DNA from: Wickerhamiella versatilis
Taxonomy: Eukaryota
Reading direction: 5' to 3'
Assembly (NCBI GenBank): GCA_030867685.1
Contig: JAQOWU010000003.1
Span: 1,240,001 to 1,304,000, forward strand
DNA length: 64,000 nt
Shown here: positions 31,787-41,618 of the stretch, piece by piece
Layout of the letters: the number at the start of each line of letters is the position of its first letter
How positions within the stretch are numbered: position 1 is the first letter of the stretch
Translations under genes and position numbers: made by a program
The notes under the pieces: generated by a model
What the model was told of the DNA's origin: nothing
The model's database searches: none
What the model saw: the letters and a program-made list of their open reading frames with translations, nothing else

Positions 31787-32129
31787 TATTAGGAAGATGA
31801 GTCAGTATAGATAATCCGAGTTATCGTACTTTTTGATTTACGTAGACCGCCGACGGTCGGAAAATTGACAATATTTATTTCGCTGTATATATCATTAGTG
31901 GATATTTCAGCATTTCGGCAAAGCGCATCATGCATAGAAAAGTAAGGACCAATAAGTGATAACATACTTATTTCGACGGCTCATAACATACTAATTTCAC
32001 CCAGCATTTGCTAAATGACTTGGGTTTAAAACAAAGGGCTTAAGCATACTCATAAGACGTATACAAGGCAAGTCGGTTCTGGTACTTTCTTAGTGGGTTA
32101 CTCGTAGTGATCGCTCTTTCCCAGCTGAC

Positions 32130-32537
32130 ATGGTGGAGATCTCTGAGTGGATTCCGGAGGGGGCACTTCCCAAATGGATGCTTTTCGTTTCCGCGGTGTC
32201 TATATTTAACACGATACAGTGTTATGCTGGCGACCTTAGCCTTAGTCGCAGAGTTTACAATCAAGCCTCTCAACAGGTGACTCCGTTGAGTAACCGTACG
32301 TTTGGCACGTGGACTTTAATGGTATCTGTGATTCGATTCTACGCAGCTTATAATCTGCAAAATCCTACCATTTGGTCTATAGCCCTCAGCACTTACCTAG
32401 TTGCAGGCTTCCATTACATTGCGGAGTGGCTCGTGTTCCGCACAACAAGTTTCGGAAAAGGCCTTGCTGGTCCATTGTTCGTAGCCTCTGCGACTACGAC
32501 CTGGATGTATATGCAGCGCGACAACTATGTTATCTGA
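32130..32537 (+). CDS. ERG28: ergosterol biosynthesis scaffold Erg28
   Basis: LPKWMLFVS-x-VSIFN and VTPLS-x-RTFGTWT...IRFYAAY. Confidence 0.96.
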   Translation: MVEISEWIPEGALPKWMLFVSAVSIFNTIQCYAGDLSLSRRVYNQASQQVTPLSNRTFGTWTLMVSVIRFYAAYNLQNPTIWSIALSTYLVAGFHYIAEWLVFRTTSFGKGLAGPLFVASATTTWMYMQRDNYVI

Positions 32538-32816
32538 ATGCCACAGAGGGACGGAAAGACTGTGCGCATATTTGCCCGCTTGTTTGTTTGATTGCTCTGT
32601 TAGATAAAACGTGTCTGTCCTTAGAGGTCAATAAATCGCAAAGGTCCTATTTGTAAAGTCTCACTTTCCTATAAATCATTTAACTTAGTAGGGCAGTGGT
32701 TTGCCGCTGCCAATAATACTACCTTAAGAACTTGTAGTGTCATAATTGTCATGAGGGCCATATTACGCGGCTTTTCAGAGCAATCGTGCCCTCATCAAGC
32801 CATAGCCTTGACCTGC

Positions 32817-33803
32817 TCAAATTTGGGGAGGAGCACGTTTTCTCAGCTCCTCAACTATATCTGGACCGATGAGTCGCTCAAAGCCATATCTTCCTAACCG
32901 TTCAAGCTTCAAATCCGTCTTGGCACGGACTGTTGCAGCACGGGGCTCATCATTGATAAGTGCAAGTTCGCCAAAATAGTCACCACGGCGCTCAACGCCC
33001 AACACTTGGCCCTTGGAGGTGACTTCCACCTCGCCCTCGTCTACAACAAAGAAGTCATTTCCATGATCTCCCTCGTTGATAACTACCTCTCCCTTCTCAT
33101 ATGTGACTGGTTGCAAGCTATCTGCAACTTTATATCGGCATTCCTGGGGTATTCCTTGGAAAACCGAAACACGAGATATAACTTCACGTGAGTGCTGCTG
33201 CTTCGCACTTAAACGATGCCGCATGATATTTTTGAACGTGACACGGTCTAGCAACCAGCATACACAAGTCGAGGACACCCGAACAGTGGCCGCCCGAGGG
33301 GCATTATATAGCAGGGCCAGCTCGCCAAATGCCTGACCAGCAGTCCCATGGCCTTCGACTTTTCCGTCAACAATATAATCCACAGATCCACTCTCAATAA
33401 TGTAAAAGTAGTGACCATCCTCATCACCTTGATTCAATATGTTAGTGCCCACTTCATATTCACGGCACACGAGCGAGCCAAGAATCACATCAAGGGACTG
33501 GTCCCCCAGATCCCTAAATATGCATACTCTCCTCAAGCACTCTCGCAACTGGCGTACAACTTCCCCACCTGTGGGCCTCTCATATGCATTTGAGCTCGAG
33601 CTAGTGTTGGGTGCCGTCGTCTCTGCATCATACGGATCAAAACACTCCGCACTCACGCTCGTACGACGCGACGGATTAAAGTGACACGGAATGGAGCCAG
33701 TATCTGCACTTGCAGGTGGCTCCTGCTCGCTTGACATACTATAGTTACCAAACAACGACATGGTATTCTCGAAAGGGAGTCCTTGGGTGTATCTGCTTAG
33801 CAT
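32817..33803 (-). CDS. BCY1: cAMP-dependent protein kinase regulatory subunit (Bcy1-like)
   Basis: RRTSVSAE inhibitor site and two cNMP domains with FGELAL-x4-PRAATV cassettes. The start is uncertain. Confidence 0.85.
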   Translation of the reverse strand: MLSRYTQGLPFENTMSLFGNYSMSSEQEPPASADTGSIPCHFNPSRRTSVSAECFDPYDAETTAPNTSSSSNAYERPTGGEVVRQLRECLRRVCIFRDLGDQSLDVILGSLVCREYEVGTNILNQGDEDGHYFYIIESGSVDYIVDGKVEGHGTAGQAFGELALLYNAPRAATVRVSSTCVCWLLDRVTFKNIMRHRLSAKQQHSREVISRVSVFQGIPQECRYKVADSLQPVTYEKGEVVINEGDHGNDFFVVDEGEVEVTSKGQVLGVERRGDYFGELALINDEPRAATVRAKTDLKLERLGRYGFERLIGPDIVEELRKRAPPQI

Positions 33804-34365
33804 ATAACTGAGACGGATGCTGAGCTAATTTCTATATTAGTAACACAACGGCTGCCCCGCCTCCGCTTCGAATTCCGAGATCAAGATCAGGGATGGTATA
33901 ATTAGCTTCATCCGTGACCAAGTCGTGATTGTATACTACTGTCAACCAGATTTTATGCTACATGCTCTTCATTAGGTTTAAACTCTTACCCACAGCACAA
34001 TATTTGGTAAGAAATAACCGCTTTGCAGTTTTTAGCAGCATAGCTTACAGGCTGGTATACATCATTGACTTTCACAAAAATCAGCAAAAAATCTGAATAC
34101 ATCTATATATATCACTTCCATCTCTTGATTTTTATATTGCCGCTATCTTTTTAGACCTGCAGGCAATCTCCCCGTTTATGTCGTAAGCCGTTGAAGTAGG
34201 GTTGAAATAGGATTAGCCGGGGGAGGGACCTTCCAATCAGTGCTATCAATAGACTCGAGAGATCACTATGATTTAATGCCACAAGTTTTTCTAAGATTAC
34301 TTGTCGGACGGATCCATCACTACTGCGTAAAGATAGCCGCCCTATGTCTCTGAAAAGAAACCGTT

Positions 34366-34393
34366 CGGGTTCTAGTGAACGGGTTCTAGTGAA
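34366..34393. repeat. exact 14-nt tandem duplication
   Basis: CGGGTTCTAGTGAA occurs twice in tandem. Confidence 0.8.
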
Positions 34394-34533
34394 ATTTCAT
34401 CAATCAAAGTAACGCTCTAAAATGACCAATTGCATCTTAAGTCTAGATGTTTTTACCAAATGAAATTACGTATGGCTTTACAATAAATTAAACAGGAAGA
34501 GGATGAGGGAGTGTGTGAGTGTATGAGAACAAT

Positions 34534-34923
34534 TCAATGCGATGGATGGACATGGCGTCGATGCTGCTGCCGAGGACGAGGTTGCCTTTCGTAGGCATTA
34601 GGGCGACTTTTCGCACCGACGTCGTCACTGTCGGAGTCAGAAGATGAGCTGGATGAGCTGGAGGATGAATCGCTATCCTCCGACTCACTGCTGCATTCAC
34701 AGTCTTCATCAGGAGGGTGGTATATGCAGCATATTTTCGACTTCTTGCGATTCAAATGTTCGTTGTCGATCGTATCTTCCGTCCACGTCACATGAGGCCT
34801 CGTGCCGCGATTCTCCGAACCCTCCTCACTCTGTTGATATCCAACTAAGGTTACTTGGCGTCTCGCCTCCTCCTCTGTCTGTGTAGGGACCCATCCGGCG
34901 CCTTGGTGACGCTGCTGTGGCAT
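34534..34923 (-). CDS. YPI1: PP1 inhibitor-3
   Basis: HVTW (RVxF-type) motif, [18 protein letters not shown] and PNAYERQP. Alternative ATG at 34953. Confidence 0.93.
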   Translation of the reverse strand: MPQQRHQGAGWVPTQTEEEARRQVTLVGYQQSEEGSENRGTRPHVTWTEDTIDNEHLNRKKSKICCIYHPPDEDCECSSESEDSDSSSSSSSSSSDSDSDDVGAKSRPNAYERQPRPRQQHRRHVHPSH

Positions 34924-34963
34924 ACTCGTCCCCAGTATATTCTGAGTAATCATGGCGATTTGG

Positions 34964-36025
34964 TCACCCTAGTCCTTGAAGCTTCGTCGTTTCCACCATA
35001 TAGTCCTCAAAACTGAAATTTACATAGCCATCACGGTCAGAATCGAACCGTTTAAACACATCTGTTATTGACTTGATATTGATACAACTCTGAACAAACA
35101 TGTCGAAACTCATTTCGCGTTGCCCGTTACGACGAAGCCTCGTGCCACTACTGTACATGAATGCAACACACTTATGGCTCAGCTTGTAGCCAAATGCGGC
35201 GAGAGCAGCTGAGAATTGATCTTCTGTTATACGTTCACTATTATCGACGTCGAACTGGTCGAATATTGCTCGCCACTCGTGGAGAAACTTCCATAGTTGG
35301 CCAAACTCAGGAAAGTACAGGGCTCCGTCACCGTCATTATCAAACATACGAATCATTAAGCGTACCGTCTGGGGATCAAATCTAGTGTAATCGCCATTCA
35401 CCAACGCACATGATAGCTCCCGCTCGGTGAGATAGCCATTTTTCTTCCGGTCCACTTCATCAAAAAGACTGCGTAGATCCGGCTGCCGTCTGGGAGGCGG
35501 CGTCGCAGGAGCAGGAACTGGGATTCTGTTGTGTGACGACTTCCTGGGCGTTGGCACGGCCGCTGGGCCTGAAGCTGACCGTGGGATAGGTTGCTGTGGA
35601 GGAACCGGTTGCGAAGCTACTACCGGCTGGTGCTGGTACTGGTGCTGGTGCTGGTGTTGGTGCTGTGGCTGGTACTGGTGCTGTGGTTGTGGCTGTGGCT
35701 GCGGCTGTGGCTGGTAGGCCTGCTGCGGCAAACTCCACTGGCTCCCTCCTGACGGTACCCGCGGCTGCTCCGGGGGAACACTTTGTCTGGGAACCTGGTA
35801 TGGCACTGGCTGTCTAGGAATCTGAGATTGCGGCCAGTAGTTCGCTCCTTGGGATACCATTTGCTGTGGCTGCATTACCACAGGACTTGACGATGCGGAC
35901 ATGGGTCGGTTATATCTTTGTTGAGGAGGGATGGGGACATTTCCCAAGTCTCCATAAGCTGGTGAGTAGTTATGAGCGCGACCGTACGCTTCCGAAGGAG
36001 TGGGGAAGCGAGCCAGGTCGTCCAT
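34964..36025 (-). CDS. PEF1: penta-EF-hand protein (peflin)
   Basis: P/Q-rich N-terminus, then ALVNGD...[14 protein letters not shown] and successive EF hands. Confidence 0.92.
   Translation of the reverse strand: MDDLARFPTPSEAYGRAHNYSPAYGDLGNVPIPPQQRYNRPMSASSSPVVMQPQQMVSQGANYWPQSQIPRQPVPYQVPRQSVPPEQPRVPSGGSQWSLPQQAYQPQPQPQPQPQHQYQPQHQHQHQHQYQHQPVVASQPVPPQQPIPRSASGPAAVPTPRKSSHNRIPVPAPATPPPRRQPDLRSLFDEVDRKKNGYLTERELSCALVNGDYTRFDPQTVRLMIRMFDNDGDGALYFPEFGQLWKFLHEWRAIFDQFDVDNSERITEDQFSAALAAFGYKLSHKCVAFMYSSGTRLRRNGQREMSFDMFVQSCINIKSITDVFKRFDSDRDGYVNFSFEDYMVETTKLQGLG
35627..35713 (-). repeat. coding hexamer repeats (QP/QH) within PEF1
   Basis: TGGTGC/TGTGGC-type units encoding [27 protein letters not shown]. 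Confidence 0.8.
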
Positions 36026-36057
36026 ATCCTATCGAAAAGCCTTATTACTAATAAAAA

Positions 36058-36855
36058 CTAGGAGATAGCTAGAACTACCACGATCGTGACCAGCACGGTT
36101 GTCAATGTTGGAATTGTAAGTGGTTGAGCTGCATTGGCTTGGCAAACCCATTTATTATAGCCCTCGGTACAGTTTAGAGATGCAGATGCAGATGCAGATG
36201 CAGATGTTGTTGGACTAGCACTGCCGGTTTGTGCCGCTGTCGTGAGCGACCGGCTGTTAGGCAATCCAGGAGCTAAACTCAAAGATGTAATGTTGAAGTT
36301 TAATAGTGAAGAGCTGGTGCTAGAAGCTCCTCCTGTACAAGGGGTGGTCACCCATACAGTTTCCGTAGTTTCTACGTTGTTGGTGATAGTGGCGACCGTA
36401 GTGGTAACCACTGCAGAAGACGACGACGTGGAATCGCTCGTGGTGCTAGCAGCGGATGCAGTGGAGCATGGCTTTGTGACATAGTCTGTCTGGACTAGTG
36501 TTGTGGTGGCAGCATCACCCTCTTTTCCCTGCTGCGTACTTTCGATTGATGCTGAAGAGGCTGTTGATATGACAGGCTCACATGTGCCAGAATTCGTCGT
36601 TGGGGTCGAATCATCTGAGGCTGATGTTGATGTGATCGAGGTATCTGCTGAACTCAAAGCGATTGATTCACCCGTTTCGGCAGTGCTTGACGGAGAGCTG
36701 TTTTCTGTCTGATCCGTGGACGGTGAGGTGGTCCCCGGCCCAAACGTGATGACGGAAGTGCCTGTGGGTACAATATACGAACTCCCATCAAACGCAGAAG
36801 GTTCTTCAATGAATTGCGCGAAAGAAATCGCAAAAAACAGTACTATATGGTACAT
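36058..36855 (-). CDS. Ser/Thr-rich secreted, probably GPI-anchored cell-surface protein
   Basis: Signal-like MYHIVLFFAISFA, S/T-rich body with VT-x-PC motifs, and an NAA omega-like site before a hydrophobic C-terminus. Confidence 0.8.
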   Translation of the reverse strand: MYHIVLFFAISFAQFIEEPSAFDGSSYIVPTGTSVITFGPGTTSPSTDQTENSSPSSTAETGESIALSSADTSITSTSASDDSTPTTNSGTCEPVISTASSASIESTQQGKEGDAATTTLVQTDYVTKPCSTASAASTTSDSTSSSSAVVTTTVATITNNVETTETVWVTTPCTGGASSTSSSLLNFNITSLSLAPGLPNSRSLTTAAQTGSASPTTSASASASASLNCTEGYNKWVCQANAAQPLTIPTLTTVLVTIVVVLAIS

Positions 36856-37213
36856 GTGTAGTTTGAGGATGCGGTATTTGCGACTCACGACATGGTGAAG
36901 TAGTAGCCCTGAAAGTAAAAAAAGAAACAAAAAAAAACAAGAAACTACTCATGAGAGTGGCTACAAAACCGGTATGATACTGTAGATGTTTATTTGAATT
37001 CCTTTAATCTAACTGTGTAGGCGCCAAAGAGCCAGTATTTACCAACACCGTAACGAAACTATACTGCAGTTGTTGGACTTTATGAGCGTCGACAGTTTCT
37101 ATCTGTGCAAAAACAAGCTCATTTGGCAAACTACAATGTATGTTCGATAGCTCTCTACAGGGAGGTCGTATATTTATTTTAGATTAAGGCTAAACGCGCA
37201 TGAAAACAACTTT

Positions 37214-37921
37214 TTAGGCACGCAATGATGAGACGCGGCGCTTGCGGATCTCTGCCTTCTCTGCCTTCTTCTCGTGAACACGCTGGTGGAGAAGCTTGGC
37301 GTATTCGGCAGCCTCGTCCTTGCTCTTCTGGACCGAAGCCAACTTCTGGGCCTGAGCGCGGCGCTTGTGTTGAAGACGGCGAGGGGTGATGAGACGCTGG
37401 ATCTTGGGGGCCTTGGTGTACTCCTTGCCGTTCTTGCCAGTCACTGGCCGGCGAATGACGAACTTACGGACATCGTCCTCCTTGGTAAGACCGAAAAGTT
37501 GACGGATGTGGTTGGCACGCTTGGGTCCGTGGCGTTTTGGCTCGGTGGTGTCAGTGAGGCCAGGGATATCGTTGTCACCCTGCTTAACAATGACGAGTGC
37601 AACAACGGCGACATCAGGGCCGAGAATGGCACCGTGAACACTCTTCCGCTTGCGCTCACCAGTGCGGCGGGGGCGGTAGTTCTTCGAGTCCTTGTCAAGA
37701 AGAAGACGCACACGGCCAGGGAGCAGGACACCGGGCTGAGCGGCAAAGCCCTGCTTGTCGTTCAGACCAGTGATCTTCAAAACGTAACCGGCGAAGTCGG
37801 GGGAGATGAGTTCACCGTCAATCTCCTGGCCGATACGGCGGTCATAGAGAGCGCGCACATCACTCTCGAATTCAAAGAGCTTCTGTGTGCCCAGTGCTGG
37901 GTAGGCGATATTGAGCTTCAT
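37214..37921 (-). CDS. RPS6: 40S ribosomal protein eS6
   Basis: MKLNIAYP...[14 protein letters not shown]...KAPKIQRL...RRVSSLRA. Confidence 0.98.
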   Translation of the reverse strand: MKLNIAYPALGTQKLFEFESDVRALYDRRIGQEIDGELISPDFAGYVLKITGLNDKQGFAAQPGVLLPGRVRLLLDKDSKNYRPRRTGERKRKSVHGAILGPDVAVVALVIVKQGDNDIPGLTDTTEPKRHGPKRANHIRQLFGLTKEDDVRKFVIRRPVTGKNGKEYTKAPKIQRLITPRRLQHKRRAQAQKLASVQKSKDEAAEYAKLLHQRVHEKKAEKAEIRKRRVSSLRA

Positions 37922-38131
37922 CCTGTCGACAGATAGGCTCTATGGCACTCGAGTCAGTGGTAGTAGGAGTCGGGTTGGGTGCAAGAAGAGGGTTGGAGCC
38001 CTAATGACATATCAATGAAATGGATCACCTGAGGTGGATAACGTAACTAGGGCAAAGGGCTCAGTCATCTCCGGCGACTCTGGATTGAGGTCTCGTGGTC
38101 ACATCAGTGAGCTCGTTGTAATTCGCCAGAG

Positions 38132-38500
38132 ATGTTGATTCCGACCGACCAACGGCGTAAGATCCACGAGTATCTGTTCAAGGAGGGCGTTTGCGTCGCT
38201 AAGAAGGACTTTGAATGTATTCACGAGGACCTGCAGGTCAAGAACCTCTATGTCATTAAGGCTATGCAGAGCCTCAACTCTAAGGGCTACGTCAAGACCC
38301 AGTTCTCTTGGCAGTGGTACTACTATACGCTCACTGACGAGGGTGTCGAATACCTCCGTGAGTGGTTCCACTTTCCTTCTGAGGTCGTCCCGGCTACCCA
38401 TCGCTCTGTTCGCGAGGAGGCGCCGGCGCCCCGCCGTCGCGGCCCAGCACCCGCTGCTGAGGGCAAGATTCCTGATCAGGCCCAGCCCCAGCTTGCTTAA
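38132..38500 (+). CDS. RPS10: 40S ribosomal protein eS10
   Basis: KIHEYLFKEGV...VKTQFSWQWYYYTLTDEGVEYLREW. Confidence 0.97.
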   Translation: MLIPTDQRRKIHEYLFKEGVCVAKKDFECIHEDLQVKNLYVIKAMQSLNSKGYVKTQFSWQWYYYTLTDEGVEYLREWFHFPSEVVPATHRSVREEAPAPRRRGPAPAAEGKIPDQAQPQLA

Positions 38501-39401
38501 ATTACTTCGAAAAGCTATTATTATGCCGTAGCTAATGGTCTAAAAAGTCTTGGATATTACCCAAGCTGATTTCAACCCTAGCACCTAGAACTTACCATTC
38601 TCAACGAAAAGAAACTTAATCGTGGTATGTACAGGCCTGGCGGCTGTTCTTCTTATGCTTGTTCCAAGGGCTAGCCCATGTATTTTCAGTAAGATCTATA
38701 TACATTAATGTGAGGACACAAAATCAGATTATCTAGGAAAGCTCAGATATATATACTCGTATAAATACCGTTCGCAATGCGTTTCTTGGTGGCGATACCC
38801 CGCAAAGAGCACAGTGTAGATCACAGGGGTAACATTTTAGCTGTAAATCATGCAATTCAACCCACATCTGCGACATAGCCAAGGTTCAGAGATGGTGTAA
38901 GGATCGGAAATAATCGCAGAACTTCAATCCTTCCTAGATTAGGTTGGGCCCACAAGGTTGGCTCGAGTAATTAAACATATATACATGGATAATGGATAAT
39001 GTGCTAGCAGGTAAGCAAGCAATTCATTTTAACCACAACTAATGTTTATTTAACTCTGTAACGGATCGATATTCGTATGAAAATAACGTCCGTGGCGACA
39101 TTATACCCCGGTTAACTCAATAGTATCTTATGCAAGATGAACCTTCAGGGTGCTAAAGCCTATTTAACAACCAAAATCTACCAAAAATCGTGCCTAGAAA
39201 ACAGTATTTTTATTTACACGTATTATACTAATAGTTATAGATGTTGGAATTAAGGCTTTACTACTTGAAAAGTGGAAAACTTCTTATAGTTCGCCACCGG
39301 GGCTGTGTTTTAGGGAAAGGGCGGATTAGTAACGAACCTGCGTACTCTAAGTCAAGCACACGTTAAAACTTGTGATCGTGAAGACCTCAATCTCCTTGTA
39401 A

Positions 39402-40955
39402 ATGGGTCGACGAAAGATTGCGATTCAGCCCATCACTGAGGAGCGTAACCGTTCAGTGTAAGTATACCCGAAGACAAATTGGAGTCATGTTTCTAACAAT
39501 AGCACGTTCATCAAGAGAAAAGCTGGGTTGTTTAAAAAAGCCCATGAGCTGTCTGTTCTATGCCAAGTAGATGTTGCACTGGTCGTCATTGGTCCCAATA
39601 GGCGTATCTTCGAGTATTCATCGTGCGGCGTGAACGAAGTTATGGACAAATATTCAAAGGTAAGTAATTGCTATTTTTAGCCGGTGGGTACCACACCGCC
39701 CTTCTCTCCTACATGAGTGGTACTAACAAATCAGAGTCTTGTACGTGAGTCTAGAGGACCTGCAGACTATGCGGGATTAAGAGGTGGCACTCAGGGCCAT
39801 ACCTCTGGAAGTTCCCCTGAGGATGACCCCAAGAACGAGTCTGAGTCTGAGGTGGTGCCTGAACCAGAGCCTGAAATGGGCCGGAGTTCAGAACCAAAAC
39901 AGGTTCCAGATCCTGCATTATCACCAGATCGTCGGATTAAGGTTCAGGAATCGGTGACAGGGGTGTCCACCCATGGTCAAGGCACTAATCAGTCTGAACT
40001 TCCCAGAATGCCAGCTCCCTCGGCTAAGGCAATGCCACCTCCGCGGATGCAACTCTTATATCCTTATTATAATGGAATGGATCCTTACCAGCAGCGGGGA
40101 TATCCTGTTATTCAGGGGCAACCATTATCTGCAAATGGTGTGCCTCTTCGGGGACCTCCAGTAGATCATTCCTACGTGGATTCTGCTAATCAAAGGTTTA
40201 ATATGCCACTACCGCCTCAACAACCCCCTGCCATTCCCCCTCGCTATCAGCCACAACATCCACAACAGCCACAGCAGCCGCGGGGTCACCCATCCTCGGC
40301 TGGAATGGGCATGGCTCCCAAGGGAATGCAGCAGCTCGCAGTGCACCCCACCCCACCCCCTTCAGCGGCTCATGGACCTCCACCAGGTTCACAAGGCCCA
40401 CCAAGCTCACCGGGTCAACCGGGTCCACAAGTGCCGCAAGCACCACAAGGGGTTCCGCTGTCAGTTCCTGCGGGTGCTCCTAGTGATGACCACGCGACCG
40501 CACACCGGCCAAAGCTTACAGTTCAAATTCCTGGCTCTGAAATGGGACAGGAGCACGCGCAAGCAGGTGCTGGGGACGGTTTGAGTCAAGATAAAGCGAA
40601 TGGCCGCTCGTCGTCATCAATTGTGAGCGCCACGGCGGCACGTTGGCCAACAGCGTTCCCTCAGAGCCCAATGCAGTTCTTTGTTGCACAACAGCCATCT
40701 GATCCTGGATCTGCCCGTGATCAGGGCCCAATGTCGAGAACCGGTCGTACGCCGTCGAATGGTGTGCTGGCAGGCCAAACTGTCGGAGCGGAAACACCTA
40801 CCACGGCCTTACCATCTCGATATCTCAGCGAGATGCTTGCTAGTCCCTCAAATATGTTTTCTATGGAGCCAGATGTTCTCCAATTCACCCCTATCAATGA
40901 CCGCAAACGTGTTGCTACTGGAGACAACGAGCCTGATAGCAAGCGTGTAGCATAA
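39402..40955 (+). CDS. RLM1: MEF2-type MADS-box transcription factor, three exons (39402-39457, 39503-39659, 39735-40955)
   Basis: Spliced frame gives [47 protein letters not shown]...; both introns have GTAAGT donors and CTAAC...AG ends; exons 1+2 total 213 nt and join the 39717 ORF in frame; RPKLTVQIP and ALPSRY...SP motifs follow. Confidence 0.93.
39458..39502 (+). other. RLM1 intron 1 (45 nt)
   Basis: GTAAGT...TTCTAAC-AATAG; removal restores the MADS box. Confidence 0.92.
39660..39734 (+). other. RLM1 intron 2 (75 nt)
   Basis: GTAAGT...TACTAAC-AAATCAG; removal keeps the reading frame. Confidence 0.88.
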
Positions 40956-41618
40956 ACACTTGTTTGCTCTTTTTTTTGCATCACCATCCTTATTTTTACT
41001 TTTCATTTCCTTAGATTAATGCATTTTTGGATTTTGTGTATAGTTATATACTTCCTTTCTTCATTCCCTTGAAGATATATAGCATAATATCTGTTTTACC
41101 TAGCGTAAGCAATCTATTAACCTTTCCTTTTTGTTCCCTGAGATCGCCAGGATACCATTGTTGCTAGCGCTTCAAGAGGGGTTGCCCAGAACACTAAGCA
41201 TGACACGGTTTATCAACACCATCCATATATTCTCTTGACAAAGAAATAATAAATAAAAAAGTGTACCAAAGACATTCGTCACTATTATCGGAGATATTAA
41301 GATAGATGTTTCAGTGCGACAGCAGTTAACTACCCGAATCAATGATGATGATCTATAGAGATCGCTGAGCCGCTTCGGACAGGTGGGGATTAAGTGCTTG
41401 CCACCTCAGTTGGCGTTTGTCAGTAATTGAAGTATTTATTTTCTGTGCTAATCTAACAAAAATGTGGAGATAGATATCGAAAACCACTCAATAGTGGCAA
41501 ATAATCGCTCGAAAAATCACTCAATATGGCATGGTGCGGGGTGGGGCGGGCTCACCTAACCCAGAGGCTATTCATCTTACCTTTAAAAGCAAGTTCATAG
41601 ACAATATATAACTTATGA

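Noticed and set aside
34366-34393. 14-nt tandem repeat as a CRISPR-like repeat or transposon footprint
   Set aside because: Only two adjacent copies, with no spacers or element ends; most simply a slippage duplication.
37274-37936. 220-aa antisense ORF over RPS6, and similar shadows over RPL11, YRB1, GFD2 and SCL1
   Set aside because: Typical stop-free antisense frames produced by codon bias in the real genes; no protein-like features.
38132-38500. RPS10 as a truncated gene
   Set aside because: Short C-terminal tails are normal for yeast eS10 and the core domain is complete.
38796-38837. TACCCC...GGGGTA stem followed by ACA-TTT as an H/ACA 3' hairpin
   Set aside because: No H box or convincing 5' hairpin, and the upper stem is weak.
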